From an archaeon GW2011_AR15 (GTDB lineage Archaea; Nanobdellota; Nanobdellia; Woesearchaeales; GW2011-AR15), in NCBI GenBank assembly GCA_000830295.1, contig CP010425.1:224001-288000 (forward strand): a stretch of DNA of 64,000 bases. The letters are read 5' to 3'. Below are positions 19,856-29,764 of this stretch, in pieces. Made by a program: the position numbers and the translations under genes. Below the pieces are notes generated by a model that saw nothing but the letters and a program-made list of their open reading frames with translations, had not been told where the DNA came from and did not search any database. Every line of letters starts with the position of its first letter. Positions within the stretch are counted from its first letter, which is position 1.

Positions 19856-19933
19856 ATGAAATCTGTTCCAGAGAAGGCTATGGGAAAAGGCAAAGGCAAG
19901 GATAAGGACGACGATGACTGTCCTTTCTGCTGA
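19856..19933 (+). CDS. 25-aa peptide ending in CPFC
   Basis: MKSVPEKAMGKGKGKDKDDDDCPFC*; SD AGGAGG upstream; stop overlaps the next SD (TGAGGTGA). Confidence 0.65.
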   Translation: MKSVPEKAMGKGKGKDKDDDDCPFC

Positions 19934-19941
19934 GGTGAAGA

Positions 19942-20460
19942 ATGTTTAAGGATGCCAACAAGATCCTGAATGTACTTTTAGTTCTGGGTATGCTGGTATC
20001 CCTGTTTCTTTTGTATGAGCATTTTTCTCCTAATGCAAGCCAGTTCTGCAATTTTGGTGCTGGTCTGGACTGCGGCATTGTAAACAAAAGCCCATATGCC
20101 AACATTGACGGCCTGTCATATCTTTTCACTATAGATTTCGGCTGGTCTCTCCCGCTTATAAATCTCTCAGGCATGAACTGGTTTTTTGACCTGCTGACTG
20201 CAAACGCATTCCTTGGATTCTTAACACTTGTATTCCTTTTCTTCCTGGCAAAAGCCCACAAGGAGAAAAAGGGCTTCCTGTTCATAGAAAAGAATAGCAC
20301 ATTAAACTGGATGAAAGGCATCACTGCTTTTGGTGTTGCCTACGGGTTCTACCTGTTCCTCATCCAGCATTTCATACTGAAGACCTATTGCGTATACTGC
20401 CTTGCTCTTGATGTTATATTGGTTGCCTCTCTTGTTGTTGTGTGGAGGATGAAGAAATGA
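19942..20460 (+). CDS. vitamin K epoxide reductase (VKOR) family protein
   Basis: Loop cysteines FCNFGAGLDC, SPYA, active-site CVYC, four TMs. Confidence 0.88.
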   Translation: MFKDANKILNVLLVLGMLVSLFLLYEHFSPNASQFCNFGAGLDCGIVNKSPYANIDGLSYLFTIDFGWSLPLINLSGMNWFFDLLTANAFLGFLTLVFLFFLAKAHKEKKGFLFIEKNSTLNWMKGITAFGVAYGFYLFLIQHFILKTYCVYCLALDVILVASLVVVWRMKK

Positions 20461-20828
20461 GGAAGATAATTGCAGTTGTTATGATATTGCTTCTTGTGCT
20501 GCTGACTGCCTGCTCAACAGGGCCTTCATATCCCCGGGAGCAGGTTGACCAGTTTGCCCAGTGCCTGACTGAAAAGGGCGCTGTGATGTACGGAACTTTT
20601 TGGTGTCCTCACTGTGCACAAGTCAAGAAAAACTTTGGCAGTTCTTTTAAATATGTTGAGTATGTTGAATGCGATCCGAGAGGAGATAATGAACAATCAG
20701 AACTATGCCTGGAAAAAGGAATTGAAAAATATGCTACATTCGAATTTACAGACGGCTCAAGGCTTGTAGGAGAGCCTTCATTTGAAGAATTGAGCGAGAA
20801 AACAGGGTGTGTTCTAAGTGGCGGTTGA
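20457..20828 (+). CDS. thioredoxin-like lipoprotein (VKOR partner type)
   Basis: Lipobox LLTAC; MYGTFWCPHC, YVEC. Confidence 0.85.
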   Translation: MRKIIAVVMILLLVLLTACSTGPSYPREQVDQFAQCLTEKGAVMYGTFWCPHCAQVKKNFGSSFKYVEYVECDPRGDNEQSELCLEKGIEKYATFEFTDGSRLVGEPSFEELSEKTGCVLSGG

Positions 20829-21531
20829 GATTATCCTGCCTACATGGCCCGTGGTTCTGTCAACAGCACTTGTTGATTCTATCAACCCCTGCGCAATCGG
20901 CGTCCTTGTAATAATGATTGCCACCCTTCTGAAACTTTCCAATAACAGAAAAAAGATGCTTAGTATCGGCATAATCTATATAACCACGGTTTTCCTGACA
21001 TACCTTGCAGCAGGATTCGGCCTGCTCACATTCATACAGAAATTCCCCGGCATCAGCATCTATCTCGGCTGGATTGTGGGAGTCATTGTAATAGCAATGG
21101 GTTTTATAGAAATAAAGGACTTCTTCTGGTATGGCCAGGGTTTCTCTCTCCAGATTCCTAAAAAACATGCAAAAACAATTATGGAGAAGATAAACAACCT
21201 TACTGCGGGCGGCAGCATTTTTCTGGGGATATTCGTCGCTGCTGTAGAGCTTCCGTGCACAGGAGGGCCGTATCTCGCAATAACAACAGCACTGGCTAAA
21301 ATCGGGCTGTCATGGAAAGTATTCTGGCTGCTTGTTATCTATAACATCATATTCGTGATGCCTTTGATTGTCATACTGCTGCTTGTGTATTTTGGCGTCG
21401 ATGCAAATAAGATAAGGGACTGGAAAGACAGCAAGAAAAAATGGATGAGGCTTTTCGCCGGTCTGCTTCTGATAGGGCTTGGCGTGCTGCTTATACTGTT
21501 TGCCAACGGGACCATCACACTGACAATCTAA
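20818..21531 (+). CDS. CcdA/DsbD-like transmembrane electron transporter
   Basis: DSINPCA and ELPCTGGPY Cys pair, six TMs. Confidence 0.82.
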   Translation: MAVEIILPTWPVVLSTALVDSINPCAIGVLVIMIATLLKLSNNRKKMLSIGIIYITTVFLTYLAAGFGLLTFIQKFPGISIYLGWIVGVIVIAMGFIEIKDFFWYGQGFSLQIPKKHAKTIMEKINNLTAGGSIFLGIFVAAVELPCTGGPYLAITTALAKIGLSWKVFWLLVIYNIIFVMPLIVILLLVYFGVDANKIRDWKDSKKKWMRLFAGLLLIGLGVLLILFANGTITLTI

Positions 21532-21532
21532 A

Positions 21533-21973
21533 ATGAAATTCAAAAAAATTAATTTTGGCCATATAGACGACATGATAATCGCCTGGATGGACAGGTGGGG
21601 AGTAACGCTGCTGAGGTATTCCCTTGCCATAGTCTTTATATGGTTCGGCATCCTGAAGCCGTTCGGATTAAGCTCAGCTACAGACATGGTGGCAAAGACC
21701 GTCTACTGGGTTGACCCTGCATGGTTCATACCTTTTCTCGGCTGGTGGGAGGTTGTTATCGGGGTCTGCCTGCTCTATAAGCCCATGGTAAGAGCCGGGA
21801 TATTTCTCATGGCCCTGCAGATGGCGGGCACTTTCCTGCCTATGATACTGCTTCCTGATGTCGTCTATGTGCAATTTCCTTTCGTGCTTACGCTGGAAGG
21901 CCAGTACATCGTCAAGAATATTGTGCTGATAAGCGCTGCAATAGTTGTAGGAAGCAAAGTAAAAGAAAAATAA
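21533..21973 (+). CDS. DoxX/DUF417 (RclC-like) membrane protein
   Basis: LRYSLAIVFIWFGILK...EGQYIVKN. Confidence 0.75.
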   Translation: MKFKKINFGHIDDMIIAWMDRWGVTLLRYSLAIVFIWFGILKPFGLSSATDMVAKTVYWVDPAWFIPFLGWWEVVIGVCLLYKPMVRAGIFLMALQMAGTFLPMILLPDVVYVQFPFVLTLEGQYIVKNIVLISAAIVVGSKVKEK

Positions 21974-22018
21974 TGCCACAGCAAATTATATAAACAACTT
22001 TCTTTTTAGAGAATTCTC

Positions 22019-22303
22019 ATGGCAATAAAAGATTTAGAAGTGAACCAAAGCAAAGTTGATGTTGAAGGAAAGATAACCGAGCTTGGAGAGGTAAGGGAAT
22101 TCTCAAAGTTCGGCAGGGAAGGAAGAGTATGCAACGCCACAGTCAAGGACGATTCAGGCTCTGTAAAGCTGACACTGTGGAATGAGCAGATTGACATGGT
22201 CAAGGAAGGAGATACAGTCAAGGTAAAAAACGGCTATGTCAAGGAATGGCAGGGCGAAAAGCAGCTTTCTGTAGGAAAATACGGCAGCCTTGAAATCGTG
22301 TAA
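22019..22303 (+). CDS. ssb: single OB-fold single-stranded DNA-binding protein
   Basis: DDSGSVKLTLWNEQ...NGYVKEWQG...LSVGKYG. Confidence 0.88.
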   Translation: MAIKDLEVNQSKVDVEGKITELGEVREFSKFGREGRVCNATVKDDSGSVKLTLWNEQIDMVKEGDTVKVKNGYVKEWQGEKQLSVGKYGSLEIV

Positions 22304-22391
22304 TAGATTCTACAAGGCCCATAATAATGTAAAAGCACAGAAACCTTTATAATTAAATTTCTTTTTAGGGAATTCTAATAGGGGGTTAAAA

Positions 22392-22859
22392 ATGTCATCA
22401 GTATTAGAAGAAGTAACAGAGTCAAACTGGAGGCAACTGGCACTTCATGTCGCTCAAGAAATTTTTCCGAAAGGAAGTCTCGTAGACTGGCACTATGCGG
22501 GAATAGAATTCGGGCTAGTGGCTTCAATTAGCAAAACTGGAAAAATCACAATACAAAGAGGAAAACTCCCTCTTGAAAAAGTAACGGATAGCGAGGGGAG
22601 CGGCGGGACTTACGGAAAGTTCTGGTATCGGGCAAATTTAATAGAATTCACCCCGCATACAAAAGAAAGCTTAGCCCATCTTCTCGAGGCTCCAAGAACA
22701 AGATTTACTCCTCGCTGCTTCTATGGGACAGATTGGAGAGAAAGGGGATATGACAGCCCAATAGAATGGTATCAGGTAAAAGGGAACAGGGGTTTAATTC
22801 TTGGAAAGCCGAAAATCACAGAAAATGGTTTAATAATGGAGGAGCATTATTCTCCTTAG
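22392..22859 (+). CDS. hypothetical protein
   Basis: 155-aa ORF with SD-like AGGGGG. Confidence 0.6.
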   Translation: MSSVLEEVTESNWRQLALHVAQEIFPKGSLVDWHYAGIEFGLVASISKTGKITIQRGKLPLEKVTDSEGSGGTYGKFWYRANLIEFTPHTKESLAHLLEAPRTRFTPRCFYGTDWRERGYDSPIEWYQVKGNRGLILGKPKITENGLIMEEHYSP

Positions 22860-22938
22860 GGTTTCAGTGCGGGCTTTGTCCCAGAAATAACTTTTTTATC
22901 CACTTAAGTTTAAAAACTGTTTCTGATTCCTTTTTTAT

Positions 22939-23934
22939 ATGGATGAATTAGTCAGGAAAGCGTCAGCAACCTATTCAAAGAATTTTCCGGCTGAAACGCA
23001 TTTTGAAAGGGCAATATTCATCTCATGGTTCTGCGCCAAGCCAACGTGCAAGTTCTGCTATATGTACACTATAAAAGACAAGATAAAGAACCCTAGGCAG
23101 GCAAGGAGAAGGCTTGAATCCATATTTGCCGAGGCCCTTATATGCAGAATATGCAGCTGGGAGATCGGGTTTCTTTCTGCAGGAATCGCCTCCTGGGCAA
23201 CTTCAGAGCTGAAAGAAGTGCTTGACGGCCTTTACAAAATTACAGGGAAAAAGCAGTGGCTTAATCTTGGTGTGCTGAAAGAAAGACAGATAAAAGAGCT
23301 TTTGCCGTATATAGAAGGGATTACGGGAACTGTTGAATGCGTAAATGAGGAATTAAGGAGAGACATTGTCCCTGACAAGCCGCTTGATGAGATTGACAGG
23401 ATGTTTGAAATTGCGGATAAATACGAAATTAAGAAAGCAATCACAATTATAGTCGGGCTGGGAGAGACAATTGAGGATTTCCCAAGATTCACGGAGCTTG
23501 TCAGGAAATGGAAAGTTGACAGGATAAATTTCTACAGGCTGGTGCCCCATGAAGACGCGCCTTTTGAGAATGGGCCTGAAACCGGCTATTATATTGAATG
23601 GATAGCAAAAACAAGGATTGAATTCCCCAAAATAGAGATAATCGCAGGCTCATGGCCTGACAGGACAACTGAAGTCCCTCTTCTGCTGGAAGCCGGGGCA
23701 AATGCAATAACAAAGTTTCCTGCAATAAAGATGTTCGGAAAAAAGCCTGCGCATGAGATAGAGGAAGGGGCAGAAAAGGCAGGAAGGAAATTCCTGAGCA
23801 ACATGACAGTGTATCCTGATGTTGATATTGACAAGGAGCTTGGTAAGCTGGATTTTGATCATGCCATGAAAGACAAAATAAGGGAAAAATACCTGAAATA
23901 TTATAAGAATCTGAAAAAATATGAAGCCAAATAG
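22939..23934 (+). CDS. radical SAM protein (biotin synthase-like fold, CX4CX2C)
   Basis: SWFCAKPTCKFCYM, IIVGLGET. Confidence 0.85.
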   Translation: MDELVRKASATYSKNFPAETHFERAIFISWFCAKPTCKFCYMYTIKDKIKNPRQARRRLESIFAEALICRICSWEIGFLSAGIASWATSELKEVLDGLYKITGKKQWLNLGVLKERQIKELLPYIEGITGTVECVNEELRRDIVPDKPLDEIDRMFEIADKYEIKKAITIIVGLGETIEDFPRFTELVRKWKVDRINFYRLVPHEDAPFENGPETGYYIEWIAKTRIEFPKIEIIAGSWPDRTTEVPLLLEAGANAITKFPAIKMFGKKPAHEIEEGAEKAGRKFLSNMTVYPDVDIDKELGKLDFDHAMKDKIREKYLKYYKNLKKYEAK

Positions 23935-23940
23935 CCGGCC

Positions 23941-24291
23941 TTATTCTACCCCGTAGTCGAAATCCTTATATTTTCCTGAGTCAGCAACCAGCTGGTCTTT
24001 TTCTTCCTTAGGGCTAACCGTGACTTTCTGCGGGGTGTTAAATTTAAACTCCTTCATTTCCAGTCCCTTTGCCAGGTTGATATTCCCGCAGTTTATGCAG
24101 TTAAAATAGGGGCCGTATTTGCCTGTCTTCAGCTCAAGGTAGGAGCCGCATGCGCATTTTATATCGGGGAGGACCTCCTCTTTATGCTTAGTGCATACAT
24201 TCAGCCCCTGCCTGTTCCTGGCAATTGCCCTGTCCCCGCAAAAGGGGCATTTCTCTTCTTTGTACTGCCCGTATCTCTTTGGGATAAACAT
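23941..24291 (-). CDS. zinc-ribbon protein
   Basis: CPFC...CTKH and CACGSYLELKTGKYGPYFNCINC (topoisomerase C4-like ribbon). Confidence 0.75.
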   Translation of the reverse strand: MFIPKRYGQYKEEKCPFCGDRAIARNRQGLNVCTKHKEEVLPDIKCACGSYLELKTGKYGPYFNCINCGNINLAKGLEMKEFKFNTPQKVTVSPKEEKDQLVADSGKYKDFDYGVE

Positions 24292-24364
24292 ACTTTCTCA
24301 GGTTTGGAGATGTTTTAAATACCTTTGCATAACTATTAATATCAAACCCTTTTAATCAGCATAA

Positions 24365-24949
24365 ATGAAAAACAATATTGTCTATGAGCTGCTTAAGCAG
24401 GGCAGCAGGCTTCTTGACGATGTGCTAAAGGACAGGAAGAAGTTTCTTGTTTCTATCCTGCTTGTTCTTCTTGGCGTCCTTACAGTCATAAAATTTGAAA
24501 GGATATTTTTCACTGCTGTCCTTATAGGCCTCGGAGTAGTCTCCCTTGCTTATATCAGGTTTTTCAGGTATGCACATTATGTCGGTATAGAGTTGTGCAT
24601 GATGGCGACTGTGCTCATCAGCCTGGCATATGGGTCTGCTGCAGGGGCAGTTGCAGGCTTTGCAACAATAACAGGAGCGCTTGTGCTGAGCGGCTATTTC
24701 AAGCCGAGCTACATTGTGTCTGTAATCGCCCTTCCTATGGTCGGGCTTATTGTGCCTTTCTTTTCTGCTCTGAATCTGTGGCAACTTGGAGTGCTTATGA
24801 CGGTGCTCTATGACCTTTTTGTCCTGCCATTATACATAATGATGGGAAGCAAAATAGAATCCTCTGCTGTGTTTTTCATAACACATGTGCTTTTCAATTA
24901 TTGGGTGTTCACGACAATAGCGCCGTTCTTCTATACTCTGATAATTTAA
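24365..24949 (+). CDS. multi-pass membrane protein (possible ECF S-component-like)
   Basis: About six TMs, small-residue-rich YGSAAGAVAG. Confidence 0.65.
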   Translation: MKNNIVYELLKQGSRLLDDVLKDRKKFLVSILLVLLGVLTVIKFERIFFTAVLIGLGVVSLAYIRFFRYAHYVGIELCMMATVLISLAYGSAAGAVAGFATITGALVLSGYFKPSYIVSVIALPMVGLIVPFFSALNLWQLGVLMTVLYDLFVLPLYIMMGSKIESSAVFFITHVLFNYWVFTTIAPFFYTLII

Positions 24950-24964
24950 AGAAAAAGTAAGAAA

Positions 24965-25420
24965 TTAAATTGAAGGCCCGTTGCTATATTCTGCTTGCGG
25001 AAGAGGCTTCCCTTCTACTGGGAAATAGGCAACAAGCATCCTGTTTGCAAGAAGCTCAATGCTGTTTCCTCCCATATCTTTTGCCACTACAACCGGAATC
25101 TCTATCTTATCATGTGGGGCTTTTCTTTCGAATCCTTCCATTACTCTGCTGGAGATATCATAGATGTCTCTCAAGTTTGATGATGGCAGCAAACGCCCTA
25201 CGTCCTGATGCAAGGCAACCAGACTTGTGTAAGGCCTGATTTCAGCAGCACCTTTTCCATTCATATATACAAGCTCCAGATCCCTTTCTGCCCATCCTAA
25301 AGTCAGGTCCCTGTCCTGCGTCAGGGCGAATGCTGGCAGATTGTTATAATCAAGCGGCACTATTCTTGTAGGCCTCTTTGCTGTTTTTAATGATTTTGAA
25401 CCATTACCATTGCTTGGCAT
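24965..25420 (-). CDS. hypothetical protein
   Basis: 151-aa ORF with SD AGGAGG. Confidence 0.6.
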   Translation of the reverse strand: MPSNGNGSKSLKTAKRPTRIVPLDYNNLPAFALTQDRDLTLGWAERDLELVYMNGKGAAEIRPYTSLVALHQDVGRLLPSSNLRDIYDISSRVMEGFERKAPHDKIEIPVVVAKDMGGNSIELLANRMLVAYFPVEGKPLPQAEYSNGPSI

Positions 25421-25575
25421 TTTTATCTTCCTCCTATGAAGTATGAAAAGGGTTAACCTGAACTTATATAAAAACGCGGTGTTATTATTTTAACAAATAT
25501 TTTTAGTGATTGTTATATTCTCTATTCCCGTTATTTAGCAATCTTTTTATAAACTATGAGATTTAACCAGATGAT

Positions 25576-27237
25576 ATGGGAGATCTTGACGTGAATCACT
25601 GGGCTGACCAGATTGCAGATGAAGTCATTGAAAGGGTCGAAAAAGACTCTGTTCTCAAAAAACAAGTCGCCAAGACAGGCTACTTCATCTATGACGAGAA
25701 AACCCCTTCAGGAGTCATACATATAGGCAGCGGAAGAGGCTGGGTTATCCATGATGCCATTGCAAAGGCACTGAAGGACAAGGGGAAGAAAGCAAGATTT
25801 GTGCTGAGCAGCGATGACATGGACCCGCTGGACAAGCCATCAAAAGAACTGAGCAAAGAAGATAATGAGAAATATATAGGAATTCCATTCAGGTATATCC
25901 CGAGCCCTGTAAAGGGCTACAAAAATTTCGGGGAATATTATTTCAGGCAGTGCACTGACCTTTTTCCCAGATTCGGCATAGAGGCAGAACTGGAAAGCAC
26001 AGGAGAAGAGTATGAAAAAGGGACTTTCAACAAAGCAATAAAGACTGCTCTTGACAATGCTGACAAGGTGCAGAAGGTTTATGCTGAGCTTTATGGGGAA
26101 GATGTTGCTGCTGCAAACAAGCTTCCGTTCAATGTAAAGTGCCCGAAGTGCGGGAAGATAGCGACAACTCTTGCAATCGAGTGGGACAGGAAGAAAGAAG
26201 AGATTTATTTTGAATGCTCTGACAAGGTTGTTGAGTGGGCAAAGGGCTGCGGCCACAAAGGCTGGATCTCCCCCTACAACGGCAACGGAAAATTCCCCTG
26301 GAAAGTTGAGTGGGCTGCAAAATGGCCCTCAAAAGGCGTAATAGCAGAGACAGCAGGAAAAGACCATTTCACAAAAGGCGGCTCAAGGACAATTGCGTGC
26401 AGGATTTCTGTGGATGTCTTCAATTATCCTCCCCCATATCCGAGCAATGGATACTACACCGGCCAGGGCTATGAGTTTTTCACAGTAGGCGGTAAGAAAA
26501 TGTCAACAAGCAAGGGAAGGGGAATCGGGTTTGCAGAGTCTGTGAACTTTGCTCCTGCAAAAATGCTGAGGTTCCTCCTTATAAGGACAAGGCCGAATGC
26601 CGTGATTGATTTCGACCCTTATGGGACAAACGACATTATCCTGCTTTACGAGAGATATGATACAGCAGAAAGAGTGTATTTCGGCAAGCAGGACCTCGGG
26701 GAAAAAGAGAACATCAAGCAGAAGAGGATATATGAGCTGAGCCATATCGGAAAGATACCAACGCAGATGCCTCCGCAGATATCGCTTGTGCATGCCGCAA
26801 CCCTCGTTCAGATATTTGACAGTAAAGATGATATAATAGAAAACCTGAAGCAGACAGGCCACATAAAAAAAGGAACTACAAAGGAAAGCATAGATTATGT
26901 AAAGGACAGGCTGGATTTTGCTGAAAAGTGGGTCAAGGAATTTGCAGACGAGCAGTACAGGTTTGAGCTGCAAAAAAAAGCCCCCGATGTGAAGCTTGAT
27001 GCAAAACAGGTAAAAGCCATAAGGACACTGGCAAAAAAATTAAGGGAAAAGGAATGGGATGAGAAATCCCTGTACGATGAATTCTACAATATTGCAAGGG
27101 ATGAGGCAGGAATAGAGCCAAAAGAGCTTTTCACAGCTGCATATCTTGTTTTGCTGAACAGGGAAAGAGGACCGAAGCTTGCTCCCTTTCTGCTTGCTGC
27201 AAAAGAAAAGGCAATAAAATTATTTGAAGCTATTTAA
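25576..27237 (+). CDS. lysS: lysine--tRNA ligase, class I
   Basis: HWAD, TPSGVIHIG, GKFPWKVEW, KMSTSKG, GPKL. Confidence 0.96.
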   Translation: MGDLDVNHWADQIADEVIERVEKDSVLKKQVAKTGYFIYDEKTPSGVIHIGSGRGWVIHDAIAKALKDKGKKARFVLSSDDMDPLDKPSKELSKEDNEKYIGIPFRYIPSPVKGYKNFGEYYFRQCTDLFPRFGIEAELESTGEEYEKGTFNKAIKTALDNADKVQKVYAELYGEDVAAANKLPFNVKCPKCGKIATTLAIEWDRKKEEIYFECSDKVVEWAKGCGHKGWISPYNGNGKFPWKVEWAAKWPSKGVIAETAGKDHFTKGGSRTIACRISVDVFNYPPPYPSNGYYTGQGYEFFTVGGKKMSTSKGRGIGFAESVNFAPAKMLRFLLIRTRPNAVIDFDPYGTNDIILLYERYDTAERVYFGKQDLGEKENIKQKRIYELSHIGKIPTQMPPQISLVHAATLVQIFDSKDDIIENLKQTGHIKKGTTKESIDYVKDRLDFAEKWVKEFADEQYRFELQKKAPDVKLDAKQVKAIRTLAKKLREKEWDEKSLYDEFYNIARDEAGIEPKELFTAAYLVLLNRERGPKLAPFLLAAKEKAIKLFEAI

Positions 27238-27347
27238 ACGGGCTGAGATAGACTTCAATCTCAGTAAAATGTTGTGCTATGCCCGGTAGGCTATGCTGCA
27301 GATACACCGAGAAAAAAGATAAGATTCAATGAAGAATATGTGTTTTT

Positions 27348-28052
27348 TTAATAGTCTAAAAGATTTCCCGGCTTTTCTTTTTTGGTCTCTCCTGTGATTT
27401 TTGATTCCCTATATCTGCAGTATTCACATCCCTCTGTTTCTTTCGGCATCGGGCCGTCCAGAACTTCAAGTGCTCTTTTCAGCAGTTCCTCAGCAATCCT
27501 GTTGTGTGTGTTTATCTTTATCAGGTCCCTGTGGAATATGAATACATTGTCCACGACCTTGTCAGGGTGGTAGAAAAGGAGATAGGAGAAATCTTCTGTC
27601 TCATAGCCGTTTTTCCTCAGCAGATAATTGTAAAGCGCCTGCTGCTCAATATAATGCACATGCGTATCATCTTTTACAGGATAGCCTCTTGTCTTATAGT
27701 CCAGCACTATCAGTTTTTTTCCTTTTAGAAGAAGGGCATCAATTGCGCCCTTAAGCAGAAATCTTTCTGTGTCATACTGTATCCCTGTATAATTTGACCT
27801 CCATTTTTCAAGAAGCTTAAGGTCCGGGAAGAGTTTGACATTCTTCATCTCCTCCCTGCCGTCAAGCTCTGGCGGAAGTTCTCCTTTCCTGGTGAAAGAG
27901 TCAAAATGCTCTTTCAGTATCCTGTCCATACCGCTGGGAAGGGACGGAAAGATTCCCCTTGGCCTTATTATCTCCGTGTTATAGTGGAGCCAGAAGCATT
28001 TGGGGCATTCCTTCAGCAGGCCTATCTGGGATGGTGAGAACTTGTATTTCAT
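27348..28052 (-). CDS. PD-(D/E)XK nuclease, Cas4/AddB-like (solo)
   Basis: FSPS...CPKCFW, GAIDAL, LDYKT, QQALY, CEYC. Confidence 0.85.
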   Translation of the reverse strand: MKYKFSPSQIGLLKECPKCFWLHYNTEIIRPRGIFPSLPSGMDRILKEHFDSFTRKGELPPELDGREEMKNVKLFPDLKLLEKWRSNYTGIQYDTERFLLKGAIDALLLKGKKLIVLDYKTRGYPVKDDTHVHYIEQQALYNYLLRKNGYETEDFSYLLFYHPDKVVDNVFIFHRDLIKINTHNRIAEELLKRALEVLDGPMPKETEGCEYCRYRESKITGETKKEKPGNLLDY

Positions 28053-28207
28053 TGACAGTATGGATGAACTATATACTTATAATTGTTATGGAGAAATGTC
28101 CAGTGAATATTGCTTCGCTCCTGTCCCGTAAAATGGCAGCCGCATCATTTTTTTATTGTTGGGTGGACAGAGGTATTTAAAATTAGTTATATGCTGTCAT
28201 ACAGGTC

Positions 28208-28717
28208 CTAGAAAAAGGTGACTAATCCCCTGTTTCTTGGATCAGAATATACAGACGGCTTTTCTGCGACAGGCTCATAAAGGATCCTGTGCGTCTGGCC
28301 TGCAACCTGGTGGGAATTAAACAGTTTTGCTTCCGGCATCTTCTGCTCTATAGTTACATGATGGCCGAGGAGAGTATCAAATGTCCCGTCCTGGTACATC
28401 TCCAAAATATTATATAAGTCTCCACTAGAGTCGAAAGGCTCCAGCCCTTTTATTTTTGCCTTGTAGAAATTTATCCTTGCCTGTTTCCTCTCTTCTATGA
28501 TTCTCTCAGCTTCTTTAGAATCTGCGTACATAAAATCGAATGTTTTGTAGAGAAAGCCTGCCAGGCCTTTTTTTTCTTTCCTTGCCCTGGAATCGTTTAC
28601 AATTTCAGCCAATTCCATGGTTGTCAGTTCATCAAGTGCTGCTCCTGGCACATATGGCATTACTGTTGGGTCCATATAGCGCATTCCAAACGGGTTTGCA
28701 GGATCGAAATTTGGCAT
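28208..28717 (-). CDS. hypothetical protein
   Basis: 169-aa ORF with TATA-like box upstream. Confidence 0.6.
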   Translation of the reverse strand: MPNFDPANPFGMRYMDPTVMPYVPGAALDELTTMELAEIVNDSRARKEKKGLAGFLYKTFDFMYADSKEAERIIEERKQARINFYKAKIKGLEPFDSSGDLYNILEMYQDGTFDTLLGHHVTIEQKMPEAKLFNSHQVAGQTHRILYEPVAEKPSVYSDPRNRGLVTFF

Positions 28718-28804
28718 GCTGGCTGGTGACTGCAGTTTATATTTAAAGTTAACCCCTGCCTATTTCAGACTAGTTTTAAATATAAGTTTTTTCTCAGGCT
28801 AAGT

Positions 28805-29764
28805 ATGGGAAACATACTTTTCATCATCGGCACAGTGAACACAGGGAAAATGATGTACAGCATATCTAAGGAGCTGCAGGAGCACAGCTGTTATTTCACG
28901 CCGTTTTACCTTAATTCCCTGGATGAATTGCTGACCAGTAGTATGATTGATATTCCTTTAAGGAAGAAGCACTTTGAGAATACCCAGAAATTCATAGAAG
29001 ACAGAAGACTTCCTCTGGACTACAAGGGCATTGGCCGTGAATATGACCTTGTCGTTACATGCACAGACGTATATATCCAGGACAACATACTCGATAGAAA
29101 AGTGGTGCTTGTGCAGGAAGGGATAACAGACCCGGAAAGCTGGACTTATAACCTGATAAAGATTTTCCCTTTTCTTCCGCGCTATATTGCCAATACTTCG
29201 GCAACAGGATTGTCTGATATATACGAGTATTTCTGCGTTGCTTCTGAAGGATACAGGGAGCTTTTCACCAGGAAAGGAGTCAGGCCTGAAAAAATAAGGG
29301 TTACAGGCATTCCCAACTTTGATGATATGGAGAAATACAGGGATAATGATTTTGAGCACAGGGGATATGTATTGGCAGCAACCTCTCCCCTGCGGGAAGT
29401 CTTTAAGCCTGACAACAGGCCTGCCTTTATAAAAAAAGCTGTTGACATCGCCGGCGGAAGGCAATTGATTTTCAAGCTCCATCCTTCAGAAAAAGCTGAC
29501 AGGGCGGTGTATGAAATAAACACGCATGCTCCCGGAGCGCTTATCTATACAGACGGCAACGGAGAAGAGATGGTTGCCAACTGCGATGTCCTGATTACAC
29601 AGCTTTCCACTCTCACGTTTGTAGGCGTTGCACTTGGAAAAGAGGTCTATACAGACTTGGATATTGATGAAGTGAAGAGACTGATGCCAATGCAGAATAG
29701 CGGCCAGTCTGCAAAAAACATTGCTGATGTATGCATGGAAATTTTAAACAGCCCGGACAATTAG
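28805..29764 (+). CDS. GT-B fold protein (glycosyl/phosphotransferase or UDP-GlcNAc epimerase-like)
   Basis: VQEG, IRVTGIPNFD, FKLHPSE, DVLITQLST. Confidence 0.7.
   Translation: MGNILFIIGTVNTGKMMYSISKELQEHSCYFTPFYLNSLDELLTSSMIDIPLRKKHFENTQKFIEDRRLPLDYKGIGREYDLVVTCTDVYIQDNILDRKVVLVQEGITDPESWTYNLIKIFPFLPRYIANTSATGLSDIYEYFCVASEGYRELFTRKGVRPEKIRVTGIPNFDDMEKYRDNDFEHRGYVLAATSPLREVFKPDNRPAFIKKAVDIAGGRQLIFKLHPSEKADRAVYEINTHAPGALIYTDGNGEEMVANCDVLITQLSTLTFVGVALGKEVYTDLDIDEVKRLMPMQNSGQSAKNIADVCMEILNSPDN

Noticed and set aside
19931-19933. TGA after CPFC as selenocysteine or read-through
   Set aside because: No SECIS or sel genes seen; the TGA is part of the next SD and VKOR is in another frame.
27243-27264. 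Hairpin CTGAGAT/ATCTCAG after lysS resembling sequence near 55003
   Set aside because: The similarity is short and the second copy is inside a coding ORF; probably a terminator-region hairpin between convergent genes.
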